DNA of 64,000 bases from Chrysomallon squamiferum (GCA_012295275.1 CM022672.1:32054001-32118000); one strand, 5' to 3'; positions 1-14,466 are shown, counted from the first letter of the stretch. Notes: a model not told the origin generated them from the letters alone. Numbers and translations: made by a program.

Positions 1-461
1 GGTTTGGCAGAACATTGTCTGGTTACTTGTTCTGTTCTGGTGAAGTATTTGATCACGCCATTACTTTCTCTGTCAACAAAAACGCTTTACTTCGCGGATT
101 TCAGTTGTACGGTCACAGTAAACCACGAAACTACGACGTCAGCGCCTTCGTCACTGACACAAGAAGAGACGAGATACTGGACGGGTCTACGCGGACACAG
201 AGATATGAGCACGTCGTGTCTGACGTGTATGACGTCGTGTTCAGACGTCCAGTGAAGATTACTAAAGACACTGAGTACAGCTTGTTTGTAAATGTTAATG
301 GAGGAAGCTCACTGTATGGATTTGAAGGTAAATCAAAAATTGTTGTAGACTCTTTTGTTTGTAGATTTTCTGAGTCACACAAAACTAAACACAGTCACAG
401 AAAACTTGGTGTTACACGTGTGAATGAAGGACAAATACCTGCTTTGTTATTTTTAGTATAA
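1..461 (+). CDS. 3' end (PHR domain) of a BTB-BACK-PHR protein gene, copy 1, truncated by the window start
   Basis: Matches 43467-43927 with 4 substitutions, two of them amino-acid changing (D/N, T/S). PHR motifs AITFSVNK..LLRGFQLYG, FRRPVKI, SLYGFEG and EGQIPALLF; TAA at 459-461. Confidence 0.9.
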   Translation, partial: FGRTLSGYLFCSGEVFDHAITFSVNKNALLRGFQLYGHSKPRNYDVSAFVTDTRRDEILDGSTRTQRYEHVVSDVYDVVFRRPVKITKDTEYSLFVNVNGGSSLYGFEGKSKIVVDSFVCRFSESHKTKHSHRKLGVTRVNEGQIPALLFLV

Positions 462-672
462 AAAACAACATCGTTCAAACACTGTCACTTTTAGTCATCA
501 CTGGCCTAATATTTTTATTTTTATTTATTTGTTCATTTATTGATTTATTGATTTGTTTACGTTTTTCTGATGACGTCATAGATACTTGATTTGATTCGAA
601 ATTTTCTACTGGATTGTTTTGTGTCAAACAGACACGTTTGAAATGTATATTAACATCCCATTGCTTTATCAT

Positions 673-735
<63 letters not shown>

Positions 736-1242
736 TTGTTTAAGTATATCTAATGTTTTTAGTTTGTATATAAAACTTAATATTATTAACTATTTCTTGC
801 TTCATTTGTACATTTTTTATTTCGGTTTAGAATGTATATAAAATAAAATGTAGATAAATTATATATGTACTTATTGACTGTTGGACATGAAATACAAGAA
901 CTGTTATTTGATTTATTTATGAATTTTCTTTTATTCAGATTTATTTTAAATATTTAAGTAACCTAGATTATGTTTCAAATTTACTGTTTGTTTATTTATA
1001 AGATGTATATAAAGAAAATGCAAATAAATTTGTTTTTGTATCATAAATTCTTACATCGTTTATTTTTGGATTTAATTTGTGTTTAGAATGGAAACAGAAA
1101 AATTATATAGACATAAAAATCAAGTTTTATTATTTAGTTTCTGTAATATTTTTCTTTTCTGCATACAGCGTGTAATACATAAAGATATTGTGAGACAGGA
1201 TTCCAGAGCAGATCGTATAACTGTACTTGATGTGTGTAGTCT

Positions 1243-1391
<149 letters not shown>

Positions 1392-1868
1392 AATAAAGAT
1401 AAAATATACTGTATAAAAGAGTTAGGAAAATAGGGAGAAATTTCCAGGCTAACTCTAATATATTATTAACAAGACTTTGAAAAATCCGGAGCTTTCTGGT
1501 GTAAATTCCAGAATAAAGTACATTTCATAAAGGTCATTACAGAAACAATGACAACAATTAGCACGTAATTAGACTACCGCGTGGACTTAATAAACATTGA
1601 TGCCAAGCTTCTTCTAATCACTATTCGCGGTATCCTCCCAACAGTCACATGGTCAGAAAAGTCATACAGTTTGGAAAGCAGTCAAGCAGTAAGTAAGCTG
1701 GGCACCCCTGTGTGGAGAATGATCAACTAGTCTTGGCTGTGTCTCACTGCTAACTGTTGTAATCACAACTCCGGTGGGAAGCTGATTAAGTGTGCATCAA
1801 ACCTTGACCTGTTTTATTATCACCTGTATGACAAATAAGCCTATGACTAATGGGAGGTAACCATATAC

Positions 1869-2160
1869 CACTTGTTATCAACTTTTTTCATACCGCGACG
1901 ACTTATGAGCAATTCAATACGACCGAAAATCCCCTTTAAAATTTTTCATTCAATATTATGTAGGGTTACCATATTTTCATCAAGCAAAGACAGTACAAAA
2001 GGAAACTATATTCACTATGACGGGTCCCAAACCTAGCCGCACGTTTTTGTTTATTTCTCCGTCCAAGTCAAGTTGTACAAAGCTAACACACACCCTCGAT
2101 GAAGAACAATCTCACAATCACCAGAAAAATGTCTGGCGACCCCGAGGTTGAAAACCTATG
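1869..2160. mobile_element. hAT/Charlie-like MITE (copy 1, more decayed)
   Basis: Counterpart of 45388-45679. Left end CACTTGTTATCAACT, right end AGGTTGAAAACCTATG; flanks CCATATAC / CCCTTCAC. Confidence 0.55.
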
Positions 2161-3020
2161 CCCTTCACGCAGCTAAATGAACAAGATCATTATTAGTGTG
2201 ATACCTAAATGAATTCACTCATTTAGATTAAGAGTCAACAGCAGAGGTCTAAGTAAATGCGTATGACGCATATTTTGCTTTGTTTTACTGAATTCATCGT
2301 AAAGCGATCTAAAAAACTGAAGTCCGCTGACTGATCGTGCAATGTGTTCAGGAGACCGTTGGACAAAATGGAGGCAACATGTATCGATATTCAACTTTCA
2401 AGTGATCTGTTTCAAATAATAAATAAATAAATAAATAAATAAATAAAAAAAGAATTCGACTAAACTTTGCCGCGGGTTTATACTAAGACTCTAGCAGTGC
2501 AATTTGAAATATGAAGACAGGAAATATCTGACATTATAAAACTTAGTGACCATTACCAACAGTTGTACGAAAGTAATATGTCGGCAAAGAGTAAGGACCG
2601 ACAAATTCAAAAATCTGAATAGACTGATGATACACACAACGACGAAGTGACCGAACTTTCTTACACTGATGTTCTTAAAATGATAAAACAAATTAAATCT
2701 TTCGTTGCTGCAACCGACAGCAGATTTAGCAATCGATGTTAAACATGGAGGCGATGACAGAGAAGTTTGTTTTGGAGAGAAACCAGAAAAAAATAAACAA
2801 ATAAATAAATAAATAAAGTACAAGAAAAAAAACGCAGTTGTCTATGACAGACTGTTTCTCAGATGACACTTGATAGATGCTTAACAATAACATTAGAAAT
2901 AAAATATATTTCGTGTCATTTTAATTTGTGTAAGCCGGCACTGTGTCTAAAACGGCACCTATGACTGGTCCCAAATGAATCAGGGTCCACTGTACACACA
3001 CACACATACACACACACACA

Positions 3021-3073
<53 letters not shown>

Positions 3074-3671
3074 CAATACGCATTGTCTGTCTAGCACATA
3101 AATACATGTATTTATACTGTCTTAAACATATATATACGCTCACACACATATCCAAATGTCTTTGATAAACACACACACTCATACATGCACATTCACACAC
3201 ACACATACACACATATATATCAATATCTGTCTACCTATCTCTGTATCTATGTATGTATGTTTGTATGTGATCTAGTATGTACATATATATGTGTATCTGT
3301 GTGTGTGTATGTGGTGTGGTGTGTGTGTGTCTGCGTATGTGTGTGTGTACGGAGAGAGAGAGAAGAGAAATATATAGATACACATACATCTAATCACACA
3401 TAACTCTTTCTAAAGCATACATACATACGTAGTCCATACGTACATACATAAAATCATACATACAAACACACCCACAAGTAAGTTGATACACTTGTAGTTG
3501 TCAATGTTTCTAGTAGTTCAAACTAAGTATGCTGATAAACTTGTAGTGAGAGTGTTTCTAGTAGTAGCACATTAAGTATTTTGATAAACTGATAGTTACA
3601 TACATGTTGGTGAACCTTAAGATCATAATGTTATTGAATTAATTGTATTTTGAAATGTATTATTTTTATAA

Positions 3672-3751
<80 letters not shown>

Positions 3752-4475
3752 TGCTGTCCTTTTTATTAAAATGAATTTACTTTTAATCTATGTTGCACTT
3801 TACAGAATTATAATGCAGTGACTGAGGGTAATGTGTAAGTAAACCTATCACTTTTGTTAATATATTATCAGACTTAAATTAAAATAACCTTCTTGGACAA
3901 GCATGTTTTTTTACAGAAACGCTTCTGATCAAGAAATAAATTATAAGAAGAGGAAAGGCGCACGCATTTGCGTATGTCACTGTGTACTTGTGTGTGTTGT
4001 TGTGTGTATTTGTATGTATCAGTTTGTGTTTGTGTGTCGGTGTGTGTATTTGTATGTATCAGTTTGTGTTTGTGTGTCGGTGTGTGTTTTTGTGTGACGT
4101 TGTTTCATTGAGCTAACAGTGTAACAAAAGTTCATGCAAAACATTTAACTATAGTCAGGAGGAGAACTGCACAAATATGTGTACAATTTTATACTGTCAT
4201 GATGAATTAAAGAATGTAATGAACTAAGACACTGTGTGGATTTTATGAGAGACAATCCTAACTTATTACAAATGATGATAATACTAAAACTTATCATCAA
4301 GAATAAGAGGAGAAATATTCAAAAAAAAAAAAAAACCTACAACTTGCAGACTATCACATAAAAAAATCAGTATAACAAATACAAACAAAAAACCCAGGAA
4401 TTGAAAGAGAAACAGTATTTATTCAAGTAATAAAAAATAGGAATCAATTAAATATCAAAATAATAATATTGATGT

Positions 4476-6557
4476 CTACTGAAGCATAGGTCTGGAAGAT
4501 GTCACCTTTTTCACAAAATAGAAAACCTCTTGCAAGTTACAGAGAGAGCTCAGAGGCACCTTTCCTTCTAGAGGTCTCATGTTCAACCTGAAAAAAAAAA
4601 AAAAAAAAAAATTTTATTTATTTCCAAATGAGATGTTTGAAAATAAGTAAATTTCACTTCACATAGAACTATGAGGACAAGCAAGCTTGAAAAATGAAAT
4701 GTTTGTCACATTGCTATGTCTTATGCCACACATGAAATGAACAAAGAAAATGTTACTCAAAGCACATTGAGTTATATCAAAACAGCATTGTTACACAAAT
4801 ATAAACATGACAGCACAATCACAGTCACATCAGTTTATTAAATTTACTAATAATGCTATTAGTCAAACAATTTCAAATGTTTAAATTACAGGAATGAATA
4901 CATACAAGTCAATGAATACATACAGTCTTCTTCCACTGGTAGATTTGTAGGAGTCTGGTTGTCTAGTGATGGGGATGGTGAGTCTGGTCATTATCTGCTG
5001 GAGGTGAGGAGCCTTATCATCCACTGGTAGGGGTGCCTGATCATCTGGAATTCAGATTGCATAATAAATTTAGTTTTCTGTGATGTCCGCATGTTTTATT
5101 TTTGCTGTTAATTTCTCAACTGCTTTGGGTTGTTATAAACACCTGGTACTTGTTATTTAAAGAGAAAAGGAAAACCCAACATGAAAACCAAATGGTTCAG
5201 TCAGGCTGAGCCTTAATAAAATATCCAAGATGTTTTATGGTGTGAGCCCTGTGACAGGATTGTCAAAGTTGGGGCTCTCATCCACGATTTTAAAAATAAT
5301 TAATGTGGGTGTTCGTTTTCTCAAATTCTTACGGAATTATTTATTTGGATATATCGAGTATTTCCCCAATTTAATGACAGCTAATTCATGTTTATATCTA
5401 CTAGAGAAAACATATCAAAACAAAATAACAAGAATAAAAAACATTATAAAATTATAAAATCAGAACAGAAATAATTACGGATCAAAATATAGTGCACAGT
5501 CTTGGTGTAACTTCTATAAAAAGAGCCAAGAAGGCTGAGCTAACATTATTGGCAAATATTCATAATATTTCAAGAAACACATCAAGAGAGAGCAAATCAG
5601 AGAAGTATTAACAGAGGCTTTATTTGGAGATTCTTTAGGCAATGAGAGTGGGGGGAAGTAATGACATAGGTGTAACTCAGAGTATGGCAGAATCACTACT
5701 ATTAAAGGATATAAACCTTCAAACAAAAATTAAATTTTTAAGAAAGTAGAACATGAAAATGATAAGAGAAAAAGAGAATATGAAAGAAATGAAAGAGAGA
5801 GAGAAGACAGGGTATGAAAGACAAGAAAAGGAGAGATAAAGAGAGGCACAATGAAAGAGAATTTCAGATAATTCAATTGAAAATGGAACTTGAACTTAAA
5901 ATGAGAGGACAGTTTAGAGAGAATTCAAGTGAGAATGGATCGAATGGTTTTAGAATCAATAATTGTTTCAGGTCAGTTCTGATTTGGATGAAAATGATGT
6001 TGAAATTTTCTTTTTTCTCAAAAGTGTCATTTGATATCTAAATGGTCAAAACAGTTTGGGCATTTATTATTTCAGAGTAAATTGACAGGAAAGGCTGTTC
6101 TAGTATATAATTCACTGGATAATGTTCAGGTTAGAAATTATGAAGTGTTAAAATCAGCTGTGTGATGCATATTGTCAGTCTTTTTGGAGGCTGAGAAAGT
6201 TAGTTTCAGAAACGCACTGTGAGTTTCTGTTCAGAAAACAGAATGCTTATAATAAATGCACTACATCAAACAATACTGGGGATGATTATTCCAGATTTTG
6301 TGAATTTATTATTTTGGAAGAAATAATTTAAAAAAAATAAAAAAAAATTGTTACATTTGGGAGATCAGGGTTTAGAACATGTACGCTGCTGATACCTACT
6401 TTCTCATCCACCAGTCACCAAGTTGTTTTTAATTTTTCTATAGTCCAACTTGCATTTCTGTTTTTCTTTTTCTCTTTTGAATGTTTCATTGGTCCACCTT
6501 CATGATTAACACTCTGCAACACAACAAGAAGCACATTTGTACAGAAGAAGGAGTTAA

Positions 6558-6637
<80 letters not shown>

Positions 6638-6906
6638 TAAAATAAAATAAAATAAAATGAAAAATAATATCCCTAACAATGAATCACATTTATTTCAGTC
6701 AGTTTTAATGGAGCTGAAACTTTTCATTATCTGTACTCAAAGCTGCTGTGTGCAAATATAATGTTACAATGGACAACACAGTTTTGTTTCAGTATTTTTA
6801 AAGTCAAATAATGAAGATTTCAATCTGTATTTATTATACGCACATAAAAAAATAACACTTACCTTGCATAAGTTTAGTATTTATTCCCAAATCTAATTCC
6901 ATCAAA
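4476..6906 (-). CDS. Last three phase-compatible exons (6906-6863, 5044-4924, 4587-4476) of an unidentified gene ('gene B')
   Basis: Canonical AG/GT sites with matching phases give the stop-free peptide LMELDLGINTKLMQ-DDQAPLPVDDKAPHLQQIMTRLTIPITRQPDSYKSTSGRRL-LNMRPLEGKVPLSSLCNLQEVFYFVKKVTSSRPMLQ*. Minus-strand AATAAA at 4423-4418. Confidence 0.6.
5250..6420 (+). mobile_element. Degenerate Ty3/Gypsy LTR retrotransposon 5' internal region (PBS + gag) in an intron of gene B
   Basis: PBS-like TTGGGGCTCTCATCC at ~5269 resembles the tRNA-Pro PBS TGGGGGCTCGTCC. Decayed gag: KKAELTLLA, coiled coil REFQIIQLKMELELK, then DENDVEIFF...KWSKQFGHLLFQSKLTGKAVLVYNSLDNVQVRNYEVLKSAV, matching the typical gag motif WP..W.LLLQS.L.GKA..Y..L......YD.VK.A. 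Confidence 0.8.
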
Positions 6907-7151
6907 CTGAAAAGAAATTATCATTTCACATGAAATGTTTTTTACTAGGAAATGAGAAACTGTAAGAATCACAAAATACAATTGTTAAAGTGCTACAGAC
7001 AGTAAAATGCTACTGACAAAGATGAATGTAAATGTTTTTCATAAGATATCTGTGTCAGTCTAAACTTATGTACACAGTGAGATGATGAGAAACAAATGGA
7101 TAGATGAAAAAAGAATAAAATGAGATAGAAAAACAGAAACACACACATATG

Positions 7152-7201
<50 letters not shown>

Positions 7202-8086
7202 GAGAATGAACTAATAAAATGTGATGTTGCTCTGACAAAAAATGTTTTCTTTTGAATTACTAGAAACATAATAAATCTTTTAACATTACTCCATGGTATT
7301 AGTGGCTTAAGTTTTGTTATTTGACTGAAATAATAAATGTTATTAAAGCTTGTTGTAAACTATTGTTAGGATTAATTTTTGCAACAGAAAACCTAAAACA
7401 ATGACTAAATAAATGATCATTACAAGCATTAACTTTTAAATTAAAATAATAAATAAAAGTGCCACTTAAGCCTGTACTTTTCACAAAGTGTATATGAATC
7501 ATAACATAATCACATATTTGTCTAATTATATTTTTTCTAACATTAGATGGAAATAATCTTTAGAATAAAAACAAAAATTACACAATAATAACAAGATTAA
7601 TACACTTCTAAACTATAAATTATTACTGTTATAATTTATTATTAATTTTCATTTGCATGCAGAAATAAAAAAATAAAAATAAATAAAAAGTAAATAAAGG
7701 TAAACAAAACACAACATAAACTTTATCTTGTAAGAATGTAAAATATATATAAAACTGGGTTCACTTTTAACTATAAATGAATTCTTTAGCTGAACTTTAT
7801 CAGTTTTGTATTGTAAATATGAACTCTATCATTTTGCATGTCTTTATAAAACATTTATTTATTTATTGCTATCATAATTACATAAAAAGCAACACTACAG
7901 CACAAGTGGACTGACATCATAGAACTTAACTATCTGATATGTGAAACATTTATTACCATGTTTTGATTATTAACTCTGGTTTAACTGTAAGAAAGATAAA
8001 TAAACATAAAGAAAGGGAAACAACTCAAAATTTATAACAATAAATGAATCAAGGTAACAAGGATTTTCTCTTAATAATTATATTAC

Positions 8087-9720
8087 CCTTTCTCAAGCTA
8101 TGCATCTTTCATTACTGGTTTCTGTCAACAGACAAACGTTTATCTCAGTAAAAGAACTGACAGCAGAAATGTGTGTGAAAAACATACATTTCAAATTATA
8201 TATGACTTGTAAAAGTAATAAATAGTTTGTAGTAGCTTTTGACTGAATGTAATAACATATGTGTGTGAATGATTGGTAAACATATCGTTACATCTTACTT
8301 CAAATGTTGTCTTCTTCACTTTCCCCGTAAGGAGAAATGATTACTATGATCATCAGAGCTATCATCTTGTGATGTAACTACATCACAAACACTGTCCTTG
8401 TATAATGAGAAAGTATTACTATGATCATCAGAGATATCATCTTGTGATCTAACTAAATCACAAACACTGTCCTTGTATAAGGAGAAATTATTACTATGAT
8501 CATCAGAGCTATCATCTTGTGATGTAACTACATCACAAACACTGTCCTCATATGCTTGCTCCTCCTCACGAGGCTCATCTTCATCTGACATATCAGTCTG
8601 AAACGTATTGTTACAGTATTGTTAAAAAAACAACACAAAAACAAAACAGGATCTGACAAAACATATCTTCCATCACAGCAAAGTATATGAACACTGATCT
8701 TACATAAATGAAACAAATACAATAATAACAATAATAATAATTAAAAAAATAAAATGTTAAATATAAATACCTGAAGTGTGTCATACAATCCAATAGTTCA
8801 GGTCTGGAAAAGGCATTTCAAGAAATGATTGATATTTTCCACTTTTCGTGCACTGCAAAAAATAAAATGAAAAAACAGAAGAATTGCTACAACTTATTAT
8901 AATATTGTAAAAAAAAAAAAAAAAAAAAAAAAATGAGAAAATATACCCATAAAGTTTAATTAATTACTGACACATGTAAGTAGATAAATAGAAAGAACAT
9001 TAACTATACAAATTAATGTGTCAAACAATTTCAAGATTCTAACCTAAAATAAATTAGAAAAAAAAAAAAAAAAAAATAATAATAATAACACACATATCCC
9101 TTGTAAAAACTTGCCTTATGAGATACTTCATCTACAACAGGTTTCATGTGCAGTAGATGTCTATCACTTTCAACATACCTGAAAACAGGACAGATTTGGA
9201 TACTGCAATATCAATGTCAAACTAACGTTATGTAACAATTATTTCTTTTCTAATCCATTCAGTTAGTAAATAATAATCTACTCTTTACTGTGGACTATAC
9301 CACACCTATTGATTTATATCAAAGCATTTAGTTCTATAAAATAAATATGAATGTTGCCAATGATGACTTACAGTAATACCCTACTAAAAACCCTACTGCA
9401 CTTAAACTGTCTGCAAAACGAAGGTTAATGTTTCCAACAACTGTTTATAGTAACACCTTAGAAAAACATCCTACTGCCCTTAAATTGTGTTTTGTAATGC
9501 AAATGTCTGTGCATTTTGTAAATCCATTCTTATTATGGTTTAGACTACAACGAATGAATCATATTTTTGTTGTCTTTTTCTTAATTGAAATCTAACCGGG
9601 CTGATCCGCGTTGGTCCAAATCTTTAAGTCTCAGGCTGTCTCCGAAGAAAGATGAAATGTCTTGAAATTCTTTTAAGCTGTTTTTTTTCTTTTGTTTTTT
9701 TAAAGTTCTGTGAGCCATAA
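8087..9720 (-). pseudogene. Upstream exons of gene B, apparently disabled (approx. 9718-9560, 9178-9115, 8852-8771, 8597-8300, 8121-8087)
   Basis: Polypyrimidine-AG acceptors and GT/GC donors. CpG-richer candidate first exon MAHRTLKKQKKKNSLKEFQDISSFF. In-frame stops in several exons (e.g. KPVMKDA*LEK). Confidence 0.4.
8330..8550 (-). repeat. 75-bp (25-codon) tandem repeat, 3 copies, inside an exon of gene B
   Basis: Encodes (Y[EK]DSVCD[VL]V[TR]SQDD[SI]SDDHSN.FSL)x3 in ORF 8316-8591. Confidence 0.9.
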
Positions 9721-10082
9721 TCTTTTACAGATCCGTACCACAATTAAAGTTTTCAAAAGGCGTCGAATACCCGGATATAATGCTTATTGTGCATGAGGGT
9801 TATTTCCCCTTGTCGTTTATTTACATTGATTTCGTCCCTGGAGCAAGAGCATCTGAGCCAAAGATAGTGTTTCTGAAATATAATCCATGGTAAACAAATA
9901 ACGATATATGCGATTATTTTAAAGAATTTATGGACGAAAAAAAATCTTCTTAGTTTATTTCAAATCCTTTCTTTTCAGAAGAAAATAAAATCTAGGTTTC
10001 ACTATTCTAATGGTTATTTCGTAGAATAAAACGTAAAGGGTAATCCTAGAGGAAACTAGGTAAACTGTAGAATGACAGTACG

Positions 10083-10126
<44 letters not shown>

Positions 10127-10139
10127 ATGATGAAAATGC

Positions 10140-10187
<48 letters not shown>

Positions 10188-10442
10188 AGTTAACAGTCTG
10201 TTTTGAATTTCTCACAGGTTTTTTTTTTTATATCTAAGGAACTCAACAAAATGTAACTATTTGAATGAAAAGTTTAACTCATAAGATAGCACAAATATAA
10301 ATTTCCTATTAGTTAATAGCAATGAAATGAATAAATGAATAAATGAATGAAGAATCTAGTATCATAAGTATCAAGGGTGATAATTCCTATATATATTTAT
10401 TATGACATGTATAAGTCAGCTGTTGTGAAAATATATATTCAG

Positions 10443-10583
10443 TAAATTAGTTTTCTGTTTTCAAGAGAGCTGGATTTGGTAGTCTTTGCACTGGTATAAT
10501 AATGACTATGGTATGTACTCTCCTGTCTGTGGGATGGTACATATCAATGATCTTTAGCTGCTAACTGGATAGCCCATGAAGTG
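10443..10583 (+). mobile_element. MetaSINE-like SINE fragment
   Basis: CTGGTATAATAATGACTATGGTATGTACTCTCCTGTCTGTGGGATGGTACATAT...GATCTTTAGCTGCTAA resembles the Meta central domain as I recall it; an inverted second copy is at 30815-30958. Confidence 0.7.
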
Positions 10584-11464
10584 ATGAGTTTTTCTTATTT
10601 AAATTTATTTATGTATATACATGTGTTTCTGTATGTTCTTATCTGCATGCACATGTCCATTTGTGTTTGTATGCAACTTCAGTCATATAACCAAGCAGCA
10701 ATAACTTATATAGGTTAGGACACTAGGTTGAAAAATAACAGACAGCTGGTTCAAGCCTCATCATTTGTAGCTCAATGATTTGAGTTACTGTTCAGTGATT
10801 AAGCCTTTGTGCATAGTCCAACCGTGTGAAGAAAACCTAATATTTTATATTCAATAAAAAATTAACTGATTTTTTCTGATCTTGTCATATATATATATAT
10901 ATATTTTGAAGTTTATTAAAAATATTTTTCTACAAAATAAAACAAAGAAAAAACAGTTGAAGTAAAATATTTGTATTGGCTAAGGTTAAGTTTATGTGAA
11001 AACAATTATTTCTTTTAATATTGTCTTTATGTATCAAACATTCTTAAAACATCTTAAAGAAAAATAATAAAACAACCATTTTTATCTATTTTGTACATCC
11101 AACACTCATACCATAATCTATATTTAATACATAATAAATATCCTTAGCTTTTCCAAAAACTTCTTTATTCAGGATTTACTGCTTTCATTGGTATCTGAAA
11201 TGTCACATTAATTTTCAAAGATTCAAATCTGATTTATTTAAGTGTTCTCTCTAATTTTCTTTCTTTTTTCCACTTTTGTTGATAGTATTGAGATCTTCAC
11301 TCTGATCAATGGCTAACTGTCGCTTGAGATCCAGCAACACACCCACTGCCTTGTTTATAACAGTTTACTCTGATTTATATGTTATTAGCACACAAACCAA
11401 TACCTTTCAAATTTGAGTCCAGGTTTGAAAATAGAGATAAACTTGTTGTGTGTCACATTACACT

Positions 11465-13197
11465 AGCTGTGTAAGTTGTGTTTGAATCATTTCACTGGTT
11501 GCTGACATGTAATTCTGTAGACAACAGCTGTGTAAGTTGTATTTAAATCATTTCACTGGTTGCTGACATGTAATTCTGTAGACAACAGCTGTGTAAGTTG
11601 TATTTAAATCATTTCACTGGTTGCTGACATGTAATTCTGTGTAGACAACAGCTGTGTAAGTTGTATTTAAATCATTTCACTGGTTGCTGACATGTAATTC
11701 TGTAGACAACAGCTGTGTAAGTTGTATTTAAATCATTTCACTGGTTGCTGACATGTAATTCTGTAGACAACAGCTGTGTAAGTTGTATTTAAATCATTTC
11801 ACTGGTTGCTGACATGTACATCTGTAGACAACAGCTGTGTAAGTTGTATTTAAATCATTTCACTGGTTGCTGACATGTAATTCTGTAGACAACAGCTGTG
11901 TAAGTTGTATTTAAATCATTTCACTGGTTGCTGACATGTAATTATGTAGACAACAGCTGTGTAAGTTGTATTTAAATCATTTCACTGGTTGCTGACATGT
12001 AATTCTGTAGACAACAGCTGTGTAAGTTGTATTTAAATCATTTCACTGGTTGCTGACATGTAATTCTGTAGACAACAGCTGTGTAAGTTGTATTTAAATC
12101 ATTTCACTGGTTGCTGACATGTAATTCTGTAGACAACAGCTGTGTAAGTTGTATTTAAATCATTTCACTGGTTGCTGACATGTAATTCTGTAGACAACAG
12201 CTGTGTAAGTTGTATTTAAATCATTTCACTGGTTGCTGACATGTAATTCTGTAGACAACAGCTGTGTAAGTTGTATTTAAATCATTTCACTGGTTGCTGA
12301 CATGTAATTCTGTAGACAACAGCTGTGTAAGTTGTATTTAAATCATTTCACTGGTTGCTGACATGTAATTCTGTAGCAGAACAGACAACAGCTGTGTAAG
12401 TTGTATTTAAATCATTTCACTGGTTGCTGACATGTACATCTGTAGACAACAGCTGTGTAAGTTGTATTTAAATCATTTCACTGGTTGCTGACATGTAATT
12501 CTGTAGACAACAGCTGTGTAAGTTGTATTTAAATCATTTCACTGGTTGCTGACATGTAATTCTGTAGACAACAGCTGTGTAAGTTGTATTTAAATCATTT
12601 CACTGGTTGCTGACATGTAATTCTGTAGACAACAGCTGTGTAAGTTGTATTTAAATCATTTCACTGGTTGCTGACATGTAATTCTGTAGACAACAGCTGT
12701 GTAAGTTGTATTTAAATCATTTCACTGGTTGCTGACATGTAATTCTGTAGACAACAGCTGTGTAAGTTGTATTTAAATCATTTCACTGGTTGCTGACATG
12801 TAATTCTGTAGACAACAGCTGTGTAAGTTGTATTTAAATCATTTCACTGGTTGCTGACATGTAATTCTGTAGACAACAGCTGTGTAAGTTGTATTTAAAT
12901 CATTTCACTGGTTGCTGACATGTAATTCTGTAGACAACAGCTGTGTAAGTTGTATTTAAATCATTTCACTGGTTGCTGACATGTAATTCTGTAGACAACA
13001 GCTGTGTAAGTTGTATTTAAATCATTTCACTGGTTGCTGACATGTAATTCTGTAGACAACAGCTGTGTAAGTTGTATTTAAATCATTTCACTGGTTGCTG
13101 ACATGTAATTCTGTAGACAACAGCTGTGTAAGTTGTATTTAAATCATTTCACTGGTTGCTGACATGTACATCTGTAGCAGAACAGACAACAGCTGTG
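11465..13197. repeat. 61-bp minisatellite, ~28 near-identical copies
   Basis: Unit ACAACAGCTGTGTAAGTTGTATTTAAATCATTTCACTGGTTGCTGACATGTAATTCTGTAG; no unique spacers. Confidence 0.98.
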
Positions 13198-13561
13198 AGA
13201 TGTTTACTGCAACACTGACCAGGTTGCCAGCTCGAGATCTGAAATAGAGAAATGAGATTGTTATCAAATGTATCAATAGATGTTATTGCTGCTGAACTGG
13301 AAACAAACATATTTTTTATTTATTTATTTACTTTTGTTCTTTGTTTTAAATCCAGAAAATACTACAAATACTGTGCTGTCAATTTTTACTCTGAAAATTA
13401 GAGGTACTGAGATCCTGTGTCCAAATTACAGTTTTAATCTCAACATCACTTTTAACCTCTTCTTATGTCAAGGAATAAAAATTTAGCTCTCTAACTCAAT
13501 TTTCTAAATTTTAGTTTGAAATACATGTTTAAAACATGAACCTCTTTAAATCATATTTACC

Positions 13562-13683
<122 letters not shown>

Positions 13684-14409
13684 CTTTTGTTTTCATTAAT
13701 GAAGATTATGTACCAAGCCACTAAGAGCTGAGGTCTTTATACTAGCTAAGTTTTAATATCCTGCAATCCACAACACTTAATCTAAATAGTCTAGAAGAAT
13801 TTACATATCTCTCCTCCTCTGTTTCTTTCACCATTTTCAGTGCATAAAGCCTTTATATATACAGAATATTACAAGTGGAATCTCAAATCTTGAAGCTGAA
13901 TCAAGGTCACTGAATATTAATTAGATCTTTTTAAATATGTACGAATGTATATAAGTGTAGTAATATAAAACATCCATATTAAAGTGTAATCAACGTAGTG
14001 AAATGTAACAAAACATTGAAAACTTGAACCTAAGTTGAACCTGTAACAGAAGAATTAATGTATAAATTAACAGAGAAAGACAGACAAATCGAATTTGATA
14101 GCCATACAAAAATTCAGATGAACAGACAGAAAAAATAAGAAATAGAAAGCCTCGACAAAATAATCAGACAGAGAGAGATAAAAAAATATAATAATAACCA
14201 AATTAAAACTAAATATTTACTGCATACATTTCAACTTCTGTATTGTCGACATATGTTTTCAGTTGTTCCTTTAGGAGACTAGTAAGTTTTCATTTTGAGT
14301 TGTCAACTTCATCTTGTAAATGACACTGTCAAAGTTTTAGTGAAAAAGGCAAAAAGCTTTGTTGAAAAACCTGAAACAACAACAACTAATACTAATACTA
14401 ATACTAATA

Positions 14410-14466
<57 letters not shown>

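Noticed and set aside
11465-13197. CRISPR-like regular array (also 16391-16883 and 51665-53170)
   Set aside because: Head-to-tail units with no unique spacers, no cas genes, and a eukaryotic context.
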